Positions 9,781 to 18,800 of a stretch of 54,949 bases of DNA are shown in pieces. The notes below the pieces were generated by a model. The model was given only the letters and a program-made list of their open reading frames with translations. It was not told where the DNA came from and did not search any database. Numbering within the stretch: position 1 is the stretch's first letter; the number at the start of each line of letters is the position of its first letter. The position numbers and the translations under genes were made by a program. Location: NCBI GenBank assembly GCA_031261965.1, contig JAISIP010000146.1, positions 1 to 54,949 on the forward strand, read 5' to 3'. Origin of the DNA: Victivallales bacterium (GTDB lineage Bacteria; Verrucomicrobiota; Lentisphaeria; Victivallales; Victivallaceae).

Positions 9781-11586
9781 GTGAAACGGCGAAAGTGCAG
9801 CGTTAAAACAGCCACCTTGGGGGTGATTTTGTTGCTGTTGCTCGGCGGAGCGGGAGTTTTTGCCACGCCGCAAGAGGCGGTAGAGCGAACGCTCTATACG
9901 GCGGGCGGCAGCCGGGTCAAAACATTGGATCCCGCCGAGGCGGACGATTTATCCAGCCGCAATATGGTCGCAAGTATTTACGATACGCTTTTGGAATACG
10001 ATTATGTGGCTCGCCCTTACCGGCTGACTCCTTCGATGCTTGCGTCGATGCCGACGGCAAATTCGACCCACGATGTTTATAAATTCACTTTGCGCGACGA
10101 TCTGAGTTTCGCTGATGACCGCTGTTTTGCGGGGATGCCGAAATCGGCACGACGGATCACCGCCAAAGATGTTTTGTATTCGATTTTGCGTATCGCCGAC
10201 CGCCGCAATCACAGCCCGGTCTACTGGCTGTTTCGCGGCAAAATCAAGGGGATTGACGCTTTTCACGCCGAGGATTCGCCCGATTACCATGCCGGAATCG
10301 AAGGGTTTCGCATTTTGGACGATTTCAACTTTGAAATTCATCTGAACAACCCTGACCCCCGTTTTCTCTATATGCTCGCCATGCCCAATGCAGGAGTTGT
10401 GTCGAAACAGGCGGTGGAGTTTTACGGCGATGAATTTGCCCGTCATCCGGTCGGATCCGGACCGTTTAAGCTGACTATTTGGGTAAACGACTATAAACTT
10501 CAGCTCGATCGCAATCCCGATTTTCGCCGACAGTATTTTTCTGAGGCGCAAACCCCGGCGGATCGCACGCGTCCGCTTCCTCTGGCAGATCGGGTGATTT
10601 TTTACCAGATCAAACAGCCGATGACCGCATATTTGATGTTTCTGCAAGGAAAACTCGATTTGAACGCCTTGGACAAGGACAATCTTGACTTGGTTTCCGG
10701 CGGCGGGGAGAAACTGTCACAGGCGTTGACGGAGCGTGGAGTTAAGCTCTTGCGAACTCCCGAGCTGGAAATCCGTTATGTCGGATTTAATTTTGCCGAT
10801 CCGTTGCTGAAAGACAATTTGAATTTGCGCCGGGCGATCAGTTTGGCGTATAACGTGCAACGCCGGGTGGAACACTCCAACTATCAGCTGATTCCGGCAA
10901 ATGGACCGATCCCGCCGGGGGTGGCGGGGTTTGACGCGTCGTTTAAAAATCCGTGGAGTGCAAACGACCCGGAGTTGGCAAAAGAGTATCTTGTCAAGGC
11001 GGGTTTTCGCGACGGGATCGACCCGGCGACCGGGGAACATTTGCGTTTCACCTTTGACCAGACCGGCAACAGCTCGGCGTATCGCCAGCTCGGAGAGCTT
11101 ACGGCGGCGGATCTCGGTAAAATCGGCATTGAAATCGAGTCGGTTTTGAACAATAATCCCCGTTTTTACGAAAAATTGCGGCAAGGCAAATTGCAACTTT
11201 TTCGGCTTTCATGGGTGGGGGATTACCCTGATGCGGAAAATTTCCTTCAGCTGTTTTACAGCAAAAATATCAACGGGTGCAATCGAAGCGGCTTCTCCGA
11301 TTTGGAATACGACCGAATGTTTGAGGCTATCTTGCCGATGCCGGATTCGCCGGAGCGAACCGAATTATATAAACAAATGGTGCGTTATTTATCGGGAAAA
11401 GTCCCGTGGGTGTTCGAGGGTTTTCCGATCTCATATCAGCTGAATCAAGCGTGGTTGGAAAATTATCTGCCCCACGATTTTGCTTTCTCAAAATGGAAGT
11501 ATTTGAGTGTTGATCCCCGGCAGCGCAGAGAGTTGCAAAAGACCTTTAAACCGCTCGGATTTGACGAATTAAATGGAGAAGAGTGA
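9781..11586 (+). CDS. ABC transporter family-5 (peptide/nickel) solute-binding protein
   Basis: Signal peptide, TLDPA, HPVGSGPFKL, WVGDYPDAENF. Confidence 0.88.
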   Translation: MKRRKCSVKTATLGVILLLLLGGAGVFATPQEAVERTLYTAGGSRVKTLDPAEADDLSSRNMVASIYDTLLEYDYVARPYRLTPSMLASMPTANSTHDVYKFTLRDDLSFADDRCFAGMPKSARRITAKDVLYSILRIADRRNHSPVYWLFRGKIKGIDAFHAEDSPDYHAGIEGFRILDDFNFEIHLNNPDPRFLYMLAMPNAGVVSKQAVEFYGDEFARHPVGSGPFKLTIWVNDYKLQLDRNPDFRRQYFSEAQTPADRTRPLPLADRVIFYQIKQPMTAYLMFLQGKLDLNALDKDNLDLVSGGGEKLSQALTERGVKLLRTPELEIRYVGFNFADPLLKDNLNLRRAISLAYNVQRRVEHSNYQLIPANGPIPPGVAGFDASFKNPWSANDPELAKEYLVKAGFRDGIDPATGEHLRFTFDQTGNSSAYRQLGELTAADLGKIGIEIESVLNNNPRFYEKLRQGKLQLFRLSWVGDYPDAENFLQLFYSKNINGCNRSGFSDLEYDRMFEAILPMPDSPERTELYKQMVRYLSGKVPWVFEGFPISYQLNQAWLENYLPHDFAFSKWKYLSVDPRQRRELQKTFKPLGFDELNGEE

Positions 11587-11592
11587 GGAAAA

Positions 11593-12105
11593 ATGAATTT
11601 TTTCACCAAAAAACGATTGATTGCAATAGCGATGATGCTTGTGATCGTCGGCGGAATTGCGTTTTGGTATTTTAACCGCGACAGCGACGAAAAGAAGATC
11701 CGACAAACCATCCAAACACTTTGCGACATCGCCTCGAAGCGGGCAAACGAAAACCCCGCGTTAAGCCTAATCAACGCCAATGCCGCCGACAAGGTGTTTG
11801 CGTCGAAGTGCAAAATCGATTTTCGGCACGAAATGTTCAGCGGGAGTTACACTCCGACCGAATTAACGAGCATATTATTGCGCAGCAAAAGGGTGCTGAA
11901 GAGTTGCGAGATTGATATTCGTGATGTTTCTATTATGCTGACTTCGCGGGAACGGGCATCGGCGGTGTTCACCGGTTTGCTTGACGCGATTACCACCGAC
12001 GGCAAAGTGGTCTCCGAGGTGCGGGATTTGTATTGCACTTTGCAAAAAATCGATGATTCCTGGTTGATTGACAGCATGTCGGTTCGTGACATCCTCGAAA
12101 AATAA
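11593..12105 (+). CDS. Membrane-anchored hypothetical protein, NTF2/SnoaL-like
   Basis: N-terminal TM helix, DEKKIRQTI helix, C-terminal LQKIDDSWLI beta pattern. Confidence 0.6.
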   Translation: MNFFTKKRLIAIAMMLVIVGGIAFWYFNRDSDEKKIRQTIQTLCDIASKRANENPALSLINANAADKVFASKCKIDFRHEMFSGSYTPTELTSILLRSKRVLKSCEIDIRDVSIMLTSRERASAVFTGLLDAITTDGKVVSEVRDLYCTLQKIDDSWLIDSMSVRDILEK

Positions 12106-12109
12106 CATT

Positions 12110-12277
12110 AGGGTATCTCTAAAAACTGGCTTGAGTTAAAAAATCGATAGAGTCGTAATTTGGAGGTGAGATTTTGCAAGTATCTGGCTAACATAGAGTT
12201 AACCAGATACGCGCAAGGTCGCACATACGAATACGAGATGCGATTTTTAGCCAAGTTTCCGGTTTTTAGAGGTAGCC
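12110..12277 (-). mobile_element. Palindromic MITE-like repeat, copy 2 (inverted)
   Basis: agggtatctctaaaaact...ggtttttagaggtagcc, reverse complement of copy 1; between convergent genes. Confidence 0.85.
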
Positions 12278-12289
12278 ATTAGAGTAGCC

Positions 12290-13282
12290 CTATAGATTTG
12301 CGAGCAAATCCGGCAATCGGTCTAAGGCTTCGGTGTTGAGAAAACTGAGAGCGTCAATGCCGGAATGCAACAAAGATTCGCCGATTTTTTCCCGAAACAT
12401 AAGTTCGATCTCGCTGTACATTGTCTGTTCCGAAAGTGACTCCAGGCGCGGATTGGTGACGGTTTTAAAAATTATGGTCAGCGCATCGTAAATATGTCGC
12501 CAATCAGGAAGAGAAACATCTTGCTGCTCAAACAGAGACAAGATGTTTTGTGGGTTTTTTAAAAAATAATATCGCCCGCGTTTTTCCGCATTCTTAGTTG
12601 CAATGATATTTGCTCCTTGCAATTCTGCAAGCGCGGTTTGAATGGATTTCCAGGAAAACCCGCTTATATTGGCAATATCCTGAATATTGCAGATTTTTTT
12701 GTTCAATAACATGAGAATTGTTTCAGAGCGGGCATTGCGACCGAACGCTCCTCTTAGCTGAAGCCAAAAAGTTGCCTTGCAATTAGGAAAGGTCACTGTT
12801 TTTCCCGATGGTACATATTGATTGCGGATAAAACCGTATTGCAGGGCGCGTTTATCACTTAAGCGTAAAAAATCTGAACCTTGACCGTCAAAACTCAGGA
12901 ATAAAGGTTCGGGGGAAGCGACACGATTAGGCAAAAGATCCTTTGCAAATTTTGTCCAGCGCCGTTCCCCTGAGTCGCCCATGGTACTGACCATAACTCC
13001 AAGAGAGGAGGAGTCGAAAAGATACACTTTTTTGGATAGTGATTTTAGACGTTGAATGTTGATAAAATCGCCGTTGACCCGCAGATAATCCGTAACTAAA
13101 TCGTATAGGCGTTGATCGTATCGGCAAAACCATGCAGAAAAAAGCAAAAGAGCTTCAGGGTCAATAACATATGATTGTTTTTTGCCTGCAATATGTCCGG
13201 GAATTCCCATAAGAGTCCATTGCCGCCATATAAAATCAAGCAGTGCTTCAAAGTAGCGAATTTTAAATTCTGTCACTAACAT
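12290..13282 (-). CDS. Hypothetical protein with probable internal winged HTH; partner of the nucleotidyltransferase
   Basis: 330 aa; IQDIANISGFSWKSIQTALAEL..RYYF resembles a wHTH; overlaps the upstream gene by 20 bp. Confidence 0.7.
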   Translation of the reverse strand: MLVTEFKIRYFEALLDFIWRQWTLMGIPGHIAGKKQSYVIDPEALLLFSAWFCRYDQRLYDLVTDYLRVNGDFINIQRLKSLSKKVYLFDSSSLGVMVSTMGDSGERRWTKFAKDLLPNRVASPEPLFLSFDGQGSDFLRLSDKRALQYGFIRNQYVPSGKTVTFPNCKATFWLQLRGAFGRNARSETILMLLNKKICNIQDIANISGFSWKSIQTALAELQGANIIATKNAEKRGRYYFLKNPQNILSLFEQQDVSLPDWRHIYDALTIIFKTVTNPRLESLSEQTMYSEIELMFREKIGESLLHSGIDALSFLNTEALDRLPDLLANL

Positions 13283-13859
13283 TTTGTCTCTCCAGTTGAG
13301 AAAACATATCTTTCAGAATTTCGCGAAAAGCCTCTGAAACATCTTGAGTCATACACCAATGCGAGGCGGCAATAAGCTCTTCATCGGTCGGATTCAGTGC
13401 CAATAAATCGCTAACATGGTATCCTCCACGATCTGCCGATGCGTAGGTTTTGAAAAAGATTTGATCGTAGCGTCCGACATAATGCATGGTGAGTTTTTCG
13501 CCGATTCTTACGGTTGACAATCGCGTTTGAAATCCCTCCGGCAACCCCATGCGGAACTGCGAAGCCGGTCCGTTGTTCAGCCAATTATTCGGCAATCCCA
13601 ATGAATGTCCGACAATATTTGCCGCATTTATCAAGTATTTCGGTAATGGCTCGGCATCTTTTAGTTCATTATCGCACATCAACGTTATGATGTCAATATC
13701 GCGGGTTGTGCGGTGCAGTAACCCGGTTGCGATCAGTGCAGAGCCACCGCAAACGACAAGTTCGGTGTATGGAGCCGCGTCCAAGATTAGTCGCTCGTTG
13801 AGCATTTGCAGTGCTTCTATTAGTCTGGTTTTATCAAGAGCCGTATTTTGATATTTCAT
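13263..13859 (-). CDS. DUF6036-like nucleotidyltransferase (Pol-beta superfamily, AbiEii-related)
   Basis: VVCGGSAL..RTTRDIDI (GG-S..DxD), WLNNGP, K..AS. Confidence 0.8.
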   Translation of the reverse strand: MKYQNTALDKTRLIEALQMLNERLILDAAPYTELVVCGGSALIATGLLHRTTRDIDIITLMCDNELKDAEPLPKYLINAANIVGHSLGLPNNWLNNGPASQFRMGLPEGFQTRLSTVRIGEKLTMHYVGRYDQIFFKTYASADRGGYHVSDLLALNPTDEELIAASHWCMTQDVSEAFREILKDMFSQLERQNVSDRI

Positions 13860-13890
13860 AAAATCCCCTATTTAATATGGGTTTTTCTAC

Positions 13891-13918
13891 AATATAGCAC
13901 AACGTAAATAAAAGTCAA
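13891..13918 (-). promoter_or_regulatory. Putative sigma70 promoter of the NTase-wHTH pair
   Basis: Minus strand TTGACT-16 nt-TATATT with TGn extension. Confidence 0.55.
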
Positions 13919-13946
13919 GGCGACTAACAAGCAGCGGTCAAATGAG

Positions 13947-14384
13947 CTACTCCCTTTCCAAAGGAAGCAGCATGAGGAAATCCAATATCGCCATTGGCAA
14001 AAAAACAACAAGGTTAGCCAGCATCCAGATTTCCGCAGCATGCCTTTTTGCCAGAAGCGCAAATGTAGAGATAATTACTAAACCCAAGTAAGATATAATC
14101 GGCAATCCGATGCGAAATATCTTTCGCTTGAAGATGGTACAAAAGGCACTTATAGTTAGCAACAATGCGGGAAAGATAGTAACCGATTCTATGAAGACGA
14201 AAAGCTCACCCACTCCTTCCCAACCACCAGTGCTCTTGATATTCAAAACATGTGGTATTGCTACAACAGTTGCGACACAAAGCGGGGGCAAAAAAAGCAT
14301 CTGTATATAACCCCATTTACAACCGATTTTTGCCGGAAAAATCAAAGGACTCACAATTAGATTGTATAAGAATAGAAGTTTCAA
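13947..14384 (-). CDS. Hypothetical integral membrane protein (about 4 TM helices)
   Basis: Hydrophobic 145-aa ORF in the AT-rich islet; start uncertain. Confidence 0.5.
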   Translation of the reverse strand: MKLLFLYNLIVSPLIFPAKIGCKWGYIQMLFLPPLCVATVVAIPHVLNIKSTGGWEGVGELFVFIESVTIFPALLLTISAFCTIFKRKIFRIGLPIISYLGLVIISTFALLAKRHAAEIWMLANLVVFLPMAILDFLMLLPLERE

Positions 14385-14526
14385 AAATAAAAAAAGGTTC
14401 CGCTTGGATTACCTTTAGACATCTCAATAGTCGTTACCAGAGCCGCGATAAAGACTAAAAGAAAAATCCCGAGGAAGATTTTATTTTTTATGGATTTCAT
14501 ACTTTAAAGGTGACCTTTGAGGGTTC

Positions 14527-15330
14527 TTATAATGTGACGGTGCGAAAGGTGAATTGATCGGTTTCGGGGGAATAGTCGATTTCAACCATGCTGCCGTTGC
14601 GGGAGACCGACCCGGCGCAACACTCCCCGCGCCCGGTGGAATCCACCTTTAAATAGGGTTTATGGACGTGCCCGCAAAGTGAAAGATCGATCTTTTTTTT
14701 ATTCATAAGTTCGAGAATCCGCTTTTGCCCGAAGAGGCGGTGACGCATACGCAAGATCGGGTGTTCCTCGATCATCGGGTAGTGCGAAAGCAAAATGCGC
14801 GGGGTATTTTTAGGTTCTTCACATACGTTGCCGACCCATTTTGCATCGCGCTTATCGACAAAACCCCAGGAGCAAAGCAAATTCGACGGTCGGCTGGTGT
14901 TGAGCAACAAAAATTCAACGTTGGCGTATTCGCGTTGCAGCGGCAAGTCGGTAAAACGGTAATCGTCTTTGGATAAATATGCGGTCATTTCCCGCACCGC
15001 ACCGACGCATTTTGCGCGTTTGACATAGCAGTCGTGGTTGCCGGGCAGATAAAGCAAGGGAATGCCCGAGTCGCGCAGCGGAGCGAGAATCGGGCGGACT
15101 TTTTCAAACTCCCCGGGTTGCCCGGTGCTGGTGAGGTCGCCGGTGCAAACCGCGACATCTGGTTTTGCATCCAGAATATATTCAACCGCCCGTGACAGTT
15201 TAGTCAGATCGTGGCGAAACTGCCGCCGAAACTTGTAGTTAAAAACTCCGACCGCACGCTTGTCGAAATAGGCGAAAAAATCCTCCGCCCCGCCACCGGC
15301 GTGGGGATCGGAAAAGTGGACGATTCTCAT
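14527..15330 (-). CDS. Calcineurin-like metallophosphoesterase
   Basis: SDPH, TGDLT, PGNHD, SHYP, CGHVH. Confidence 0.9.
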   Translation of the reverse strand: MRIVHFSDPHAGGGAEDFFAYFDKRAVGVFNYKFRRQFRHDLTKLSRAVEYILDAKPDVAVCTGDLTSTGQPGEFEKVRPILAPLRDSGIPLLYLPGNHDCYVKRAKCVGAVREMTAYLSKDDYRFTDLPLQREYANVEFLLLNTSRPSNLLCSWGFVDKRDAKWVGNVCEEPKNTPRILLSHYPMIEEHPILRMRHRLFGQKRILELMNKKKIDLSLCGHVHKPYLKVDSTGRGECCAGSVSRNGSMVEIDYSPETDQFTFRTVTL

Positions 15331-15345
15331 GAATGTAAGTGCCTT

Positions 15346-15909
15346 TTAGTAAAATAATCCCAAGAGAGTCCCGGCGATGATCAACGCTCCGATGACCACG
15401 GCAATGGCAAGCAACCCGGTTTTCGCACCCGTTGCGGCGTGATTTTTGCCGTCGGACGAGGACGAAAAAACATTTGCCTGCTCTTTTCGGAAGGGAGCGA
15501 CCCGCCCGGCGGCGCGAAAGTAACCAAAGCGCAATTTTTCCAATTCGCGCTGACAATCTGAGCTTTCGCTGAACTCCTGTCGGCTGAACTCGGCATTGAG
15601 TTGATCGAGGGTTTTGGAGAAATTCTCCAACTCGGCGATTTTTTGCGATTCCAACTCAAGTTCGGCGGCGATAGCGGCGCGGTCGCGCAAAAGACGATAT
15701 TCAAAATCGCGTCTTTGGCGGTCAAGTTCGTCGTTGCGCGAGGTGTTTTTTCGGATAACGAGTGTTTTGTCCGATAATTTTGGGCTCGGCTCGGCGATAT
15801 TGTCATTGGGGGAGTCGCCACGGGAGTTAGCGGCGATACGTGCGGTATTTTCCTGCAAGATTTCGCGCATATGAAGTAGATTGTCGCTGACATAATCGTT
15901 TTTCGCCAT
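15346..15909 (-). CDS. Hypothetical coiled-coil protein with C-terminal TM anchor
   Basis: RBS GGAGG, heptad-rich core, hydrophobic tail. Confidence 0.7.
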   Translation of the reverse strand: MAKNDYVSDNLLHMREILQENTARIAANSRGDSPNDNIAEPSPKLSDKTLVIRKNTSRNDELDRQRRDFEYRLLRDRAAIAAELELESQKIAELENFSKTLDQLNAEFSRQEFSESSDCQRELEKLRFGYFRAAGRVAPFRKEQANVFSSSSDGKNHAATGAKTGLLAIAVVIGALIIAGTLLGLFY

Positions 15910-16041
15910 CTTGCGCCTCCTGCTTTTTGCTCTAATATATCCCTATACTTGGGTTTGTGCAAGAAATTCAGACAATCTGAGTTGTAAAAAGAGGGAAATT
16001 GCTCTATATTGCTCCGACAGAAGTGAAAGGAATTATCAATT

Positions 16042-17328
16042 TTGAATCGGAAAGCCATTATTTTTACTCTCGGTTGTCGGTTGAACTCCGCCGACAGCGC
16101 GCTTTTGGTTTCGCGATTGACGGCAGCGGGGTACGAAATTGCAGATTCCGCGCCGGATGCCGCATTGATTGTGGTAAACAGTTGCACGGTTACTGCCGAA
16201 GCCGCCCGCAAAAGCCGATATGCCGTGCGTAAGTTTCGGGCAAAATCGCCCGATGCGTTGATCGTGGTGACCGGGTGCAGTGCCGAGTTTGACCGCGAGG
16301 CGTTTATCAAAGACGGCGCGGCGGATGTGGTTTTGACCAACCCCCAAAAACGGGCATTGCCGGAGCTGATACTGGAGTATCTTGCCGGACACAACCTCCC
16401 AAACGACCATGCGCCAAAGAGCGTAAATGAGCCGGAGAAGAGTTTTCGCGAGGAGGCGTTTGAGAGTTTTCCTTTTCGCAATCGCGCCAGCATAAAAGTG
16501 CAAGAGGGGTGCAACAACTTTTGCTCTTATTGCATTGTGCCTTTTGTTCGCGGACCGGAGCGGTCGCGGGCATTCGACGAGGTGTTGAGCAACGCTCAAC
16601 ACGCCGTCGACGCCGGATTCCCGGAAATTGTGCTTACCGGGGTGAATATTTGCGCTTACTCCGACTCCGGGCGTGATTTAAGTGCCTTGATTCGCGAGAT
16701 TGCCCAAATCGACGGTGACTTTCGCATTAGGTTGAGTTCGACCGAGCCGGCACCCGGCAATCGAACTTTGCTTGAGGTCATGGCAACCGAGCCAAAAGTG
16801 TGCCGATTTTTGCATCTGGCGTTGCAAAACGGCAGCGATAGGATTTTAGCGGCGATGAAGCGGCGTTACACCACCCGGGATTATGCCGAATTCGTCCGAT
16901 TTGCGCGGGAAAAAATTCCGGGGATTCACCTCGGCAGTGATCTGATTGTGGGTTTTCCCGGCGAGACGGAGGCGGATTTTGAAGAGTGCTGTAATTTTGT
17001 CAAGGCGATGAATTTCGCAAATTTGCATATTTTCAGCTTTTCGCCGCGCAAAGGAACCGTTGCGGCAACGCTGCCCGGCAGGGTGAAGCCTCAGATCGTC
17101 AAGGAGCGTTACCGCCGTCTATCGACGATGGCGGAGGAGTCGAAACGGCACTTTATCGAAAGTCAGTACGGGCAAAAACTCCCGGTGATTTTTGAGCGGG
17201 TGGACTCCGACAATTACGCCCGGGGTTGGAGCGACAATTATATCGAGTTCCGAGTCCCGGCACAAGATATTGAGCTAAATAAAATAATGTATGTCGAAGC
17301 TACCGTACAAAATACCAAAACCTTATAA
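16042..17328 (+). CDS. mtaB: tRNA ms2t6A37 methylthiotransferase MtaB
   Basis: TLGCRLN, NSCTVT, KVQEGCNNFCSYCIVP radical-SAM motif, IVGFPGET, SDNY. Confidence 0.92.
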   Translation: MNRKAIIFTLGCRLNSADSALLVSRLTAAGYEIADSAPDAALIVVNSCTVTAEAARKSRYAVRKFRAKSPDALIVVTGCSAEFDREAFIKDGAADVVLTNPQKRALPELILEYLAGHNLPNDHAPKSVNEPEKSFREEAFESFPFRNRASIKVQEGCNNFCSYCIVPFVRGPERSRAFDEVLSNAQHAVDAGFPEIVLTGVNICAYSDSGRDLSALIREIAQIDGDFRIRLSSTEPAPGNRTLLEVMATEPKVCRFLHLALQNGSDRILAAMKRRYTTRDYAEFVRFAREKIPGIHLGSDLIVGFPGETEADFEECCNFVKAMNFANLHIFSFSPRKGTVAATLPGRVKPQIVKERYRRLSTMAEESKRHFIESQYGQKLPVIFERVDSDNYARGWSDNYIEFRVPAQDIELNKIMYVEATVQNTKTL

Positions 17329-17337
17329 GGAGGAGCC

Positions 17338-18261
17338 ATGACGCATTTCGCAAACAGTTTTTACAGCTATCTCGCCGTCGGCAACATTATCTGCCAGAGT
17401 GCCTCAAAAACCGGAGTCGAGGTGATCAAGGAGTTGGCAAAATTGTTGTCCAACAACAATGCCGGGCTCTCTGCCGAAGCGATCGTCAGCGAAATTATGG
17501 CGCGGGAAGCGTTGTTTCCGACCGTGATTGCACCGGGACTTGCCGTACCTCACGCCAGGCTTTCTGGGCTGGAGAAGCCGTTGGTCGCCATGGCGACCAA
17601 CGGCGGCGGGATTGATTTTAACGCGCCGGACTTCGGACCGGTTAAGGTTGTGCTGATGTTGCTCACTCCGGGTGACGACCCCGGGTTGCATTTGCAGTTG
17701 CTTTCGGCACTCGCCAAAGATTTTTGCGCGGGAAATGTCATCGATCAAATAGCGGCGTTGCCGGGAGCCGAAGAGATTGTAAATTACTTTAACGGCTCGG
17801 GGTTCACGATCCCGGATTATTTGAGGGTTCGCGACGTGATGACCCGCAAAGTGACGACGGTGTTGGAGCAAGATGTTCTGCAACGTTTGATCGAGCTTTT
17901 TGCCGTGACCGGCGAATCCGAGTTCCCGGTTGTTGATGACGACGGCGATTTGCGCGGGGTGGTGTCGCTCTCGGACTTGCTGCGTTTTAGTATGCCTGAG
18001 CATGTGCTTTGGCTTGAGGATCTTACCCCCATGTACCGTTTTCAGCCGTTCTCCGAGGTACTCAAGAGTGCACACGACACCAAGGTGGCGGATTTAATGC
18101 GTACGGAGTTCGTGAGCGTGGATGAATCAGTCCCTGCGGTTCAACTCGCTAAATTGTTCCTGGTCAACAATATCAATCAGCTTGTGGTCGTTGATGCCGC
18201 CGGCAAGTTGGCAGGGACTGTCAATCTGAAGAAATTTGCGGCGCGACTCTTTTGGGAATAA
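17338..18261 (+). CDS. PTS EIIA (Fru/Ntr-type) fused to a CBS pair
   Basis: REALFPT..AVPHAR phospho-His motif; VRDVMT..FPVVDDDG CBS repeats. Confidence 0.85.
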   Translation: MTHFANSFYSYLAVGNIICQSASKTGVEVIKELAKLLSNNNAGLSAEAIVSEIMAREALFPTVIAPGLAVPHARLSGLEKPLVAMATNGGGIDFNAPDFGPVKVVLMLLTPGDDPGLHLQLLSALAKDFCAGNVIDQIAALPGAEEIVNYFNGSGFTIPDYLRVRDVMTRKVTTVLEQDVLQRLIELFAVTGESEFPVVDDDGDLRGVVSLSDLLRFSMPEHVLWLEDLTPMYRFQPFSEVLKSAHDTKVADLMRTEFVSVDESVPAVQLAKLFLVNNINQLVVVDAAGKLAGTVNLKKFAARLFWE

Positions 18262-18270
18262 GGGGATTTT

Positions 18271-18675
18271 ATGAAAAATCGGTTTATCGCATCAATATTC
18301 GCCGGAGTGATATTATTCGGAGTAGGGTGCAACACCTCGGTGGTGAGATCATCGCCTCCGGTCGCGGGACAAGTCAGCTCAGACGGGTCCCGTGTTGTCG
18401 CCAATCTCGAGGGCGATAATTGGGGGATATTTTTGTTTTATTACATTCCGCTGTGGAGCGGCGAGCCGAATCACCCCAACGAGCGTGATTACGCCACATT
18501 TCAGAATAAAATCAAAAATAAATACACCATTGAAATGCTGAAAAAGCGGGCGAAACAGCTGAAAGCAGAGGTGCAAGACGTGCAAATCTCCGACTCTTCA
18601 ACCGGGTTCTTTTCGCTTTGGATACTCTGGCGGCGCAGTCAGAGTGCCACCGCAGTCGCGGTCAAGCGCAAGTAG
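18271..18675 (+). CDS. Hypothetical lipoprotein
   Basis: Signal peptide ending GVGC; RBS GGGGA. Confidence 0.7.
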   Translation: MKNRFIASIFAGVILFGVGCNTSVVRSSPPVAGQVSSDGSRVVANLEGDNWGIFLFYYIPLWSGEPNHPNERDYATFQNKIKNKYTIEMLKKRAKQLKAEVQDVQISDSSTGFFSLWILWRRSQSATAVAVKRK

Positions 18676-18724
18676 TCCGGATCGCGCAAATCAGGATATT
18701 TACGCGCTTTTGCCGGATCGGCGG

Positions 18725-18753
18725 TTGAAAAATCGCGTCCGAGGTGTTATTTT
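18725..18753 (+). promoter_or_regulatory. Putative sigma70 promoter of tpiA
   Basis: TTGAAA-17 nt-TATTTT with TGn extension. Confidence 0.45.
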
Positions 18754-18800
18754 CAATATTCATAAAGCTCATAAAACCATATAACGTTGGAGGAATATCT

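Noticed and set aside
15381-16517. 378-aa minus-strand ORF
   Set aside because: Shadow of mtaB and the 187-aa gene, with no motifs.
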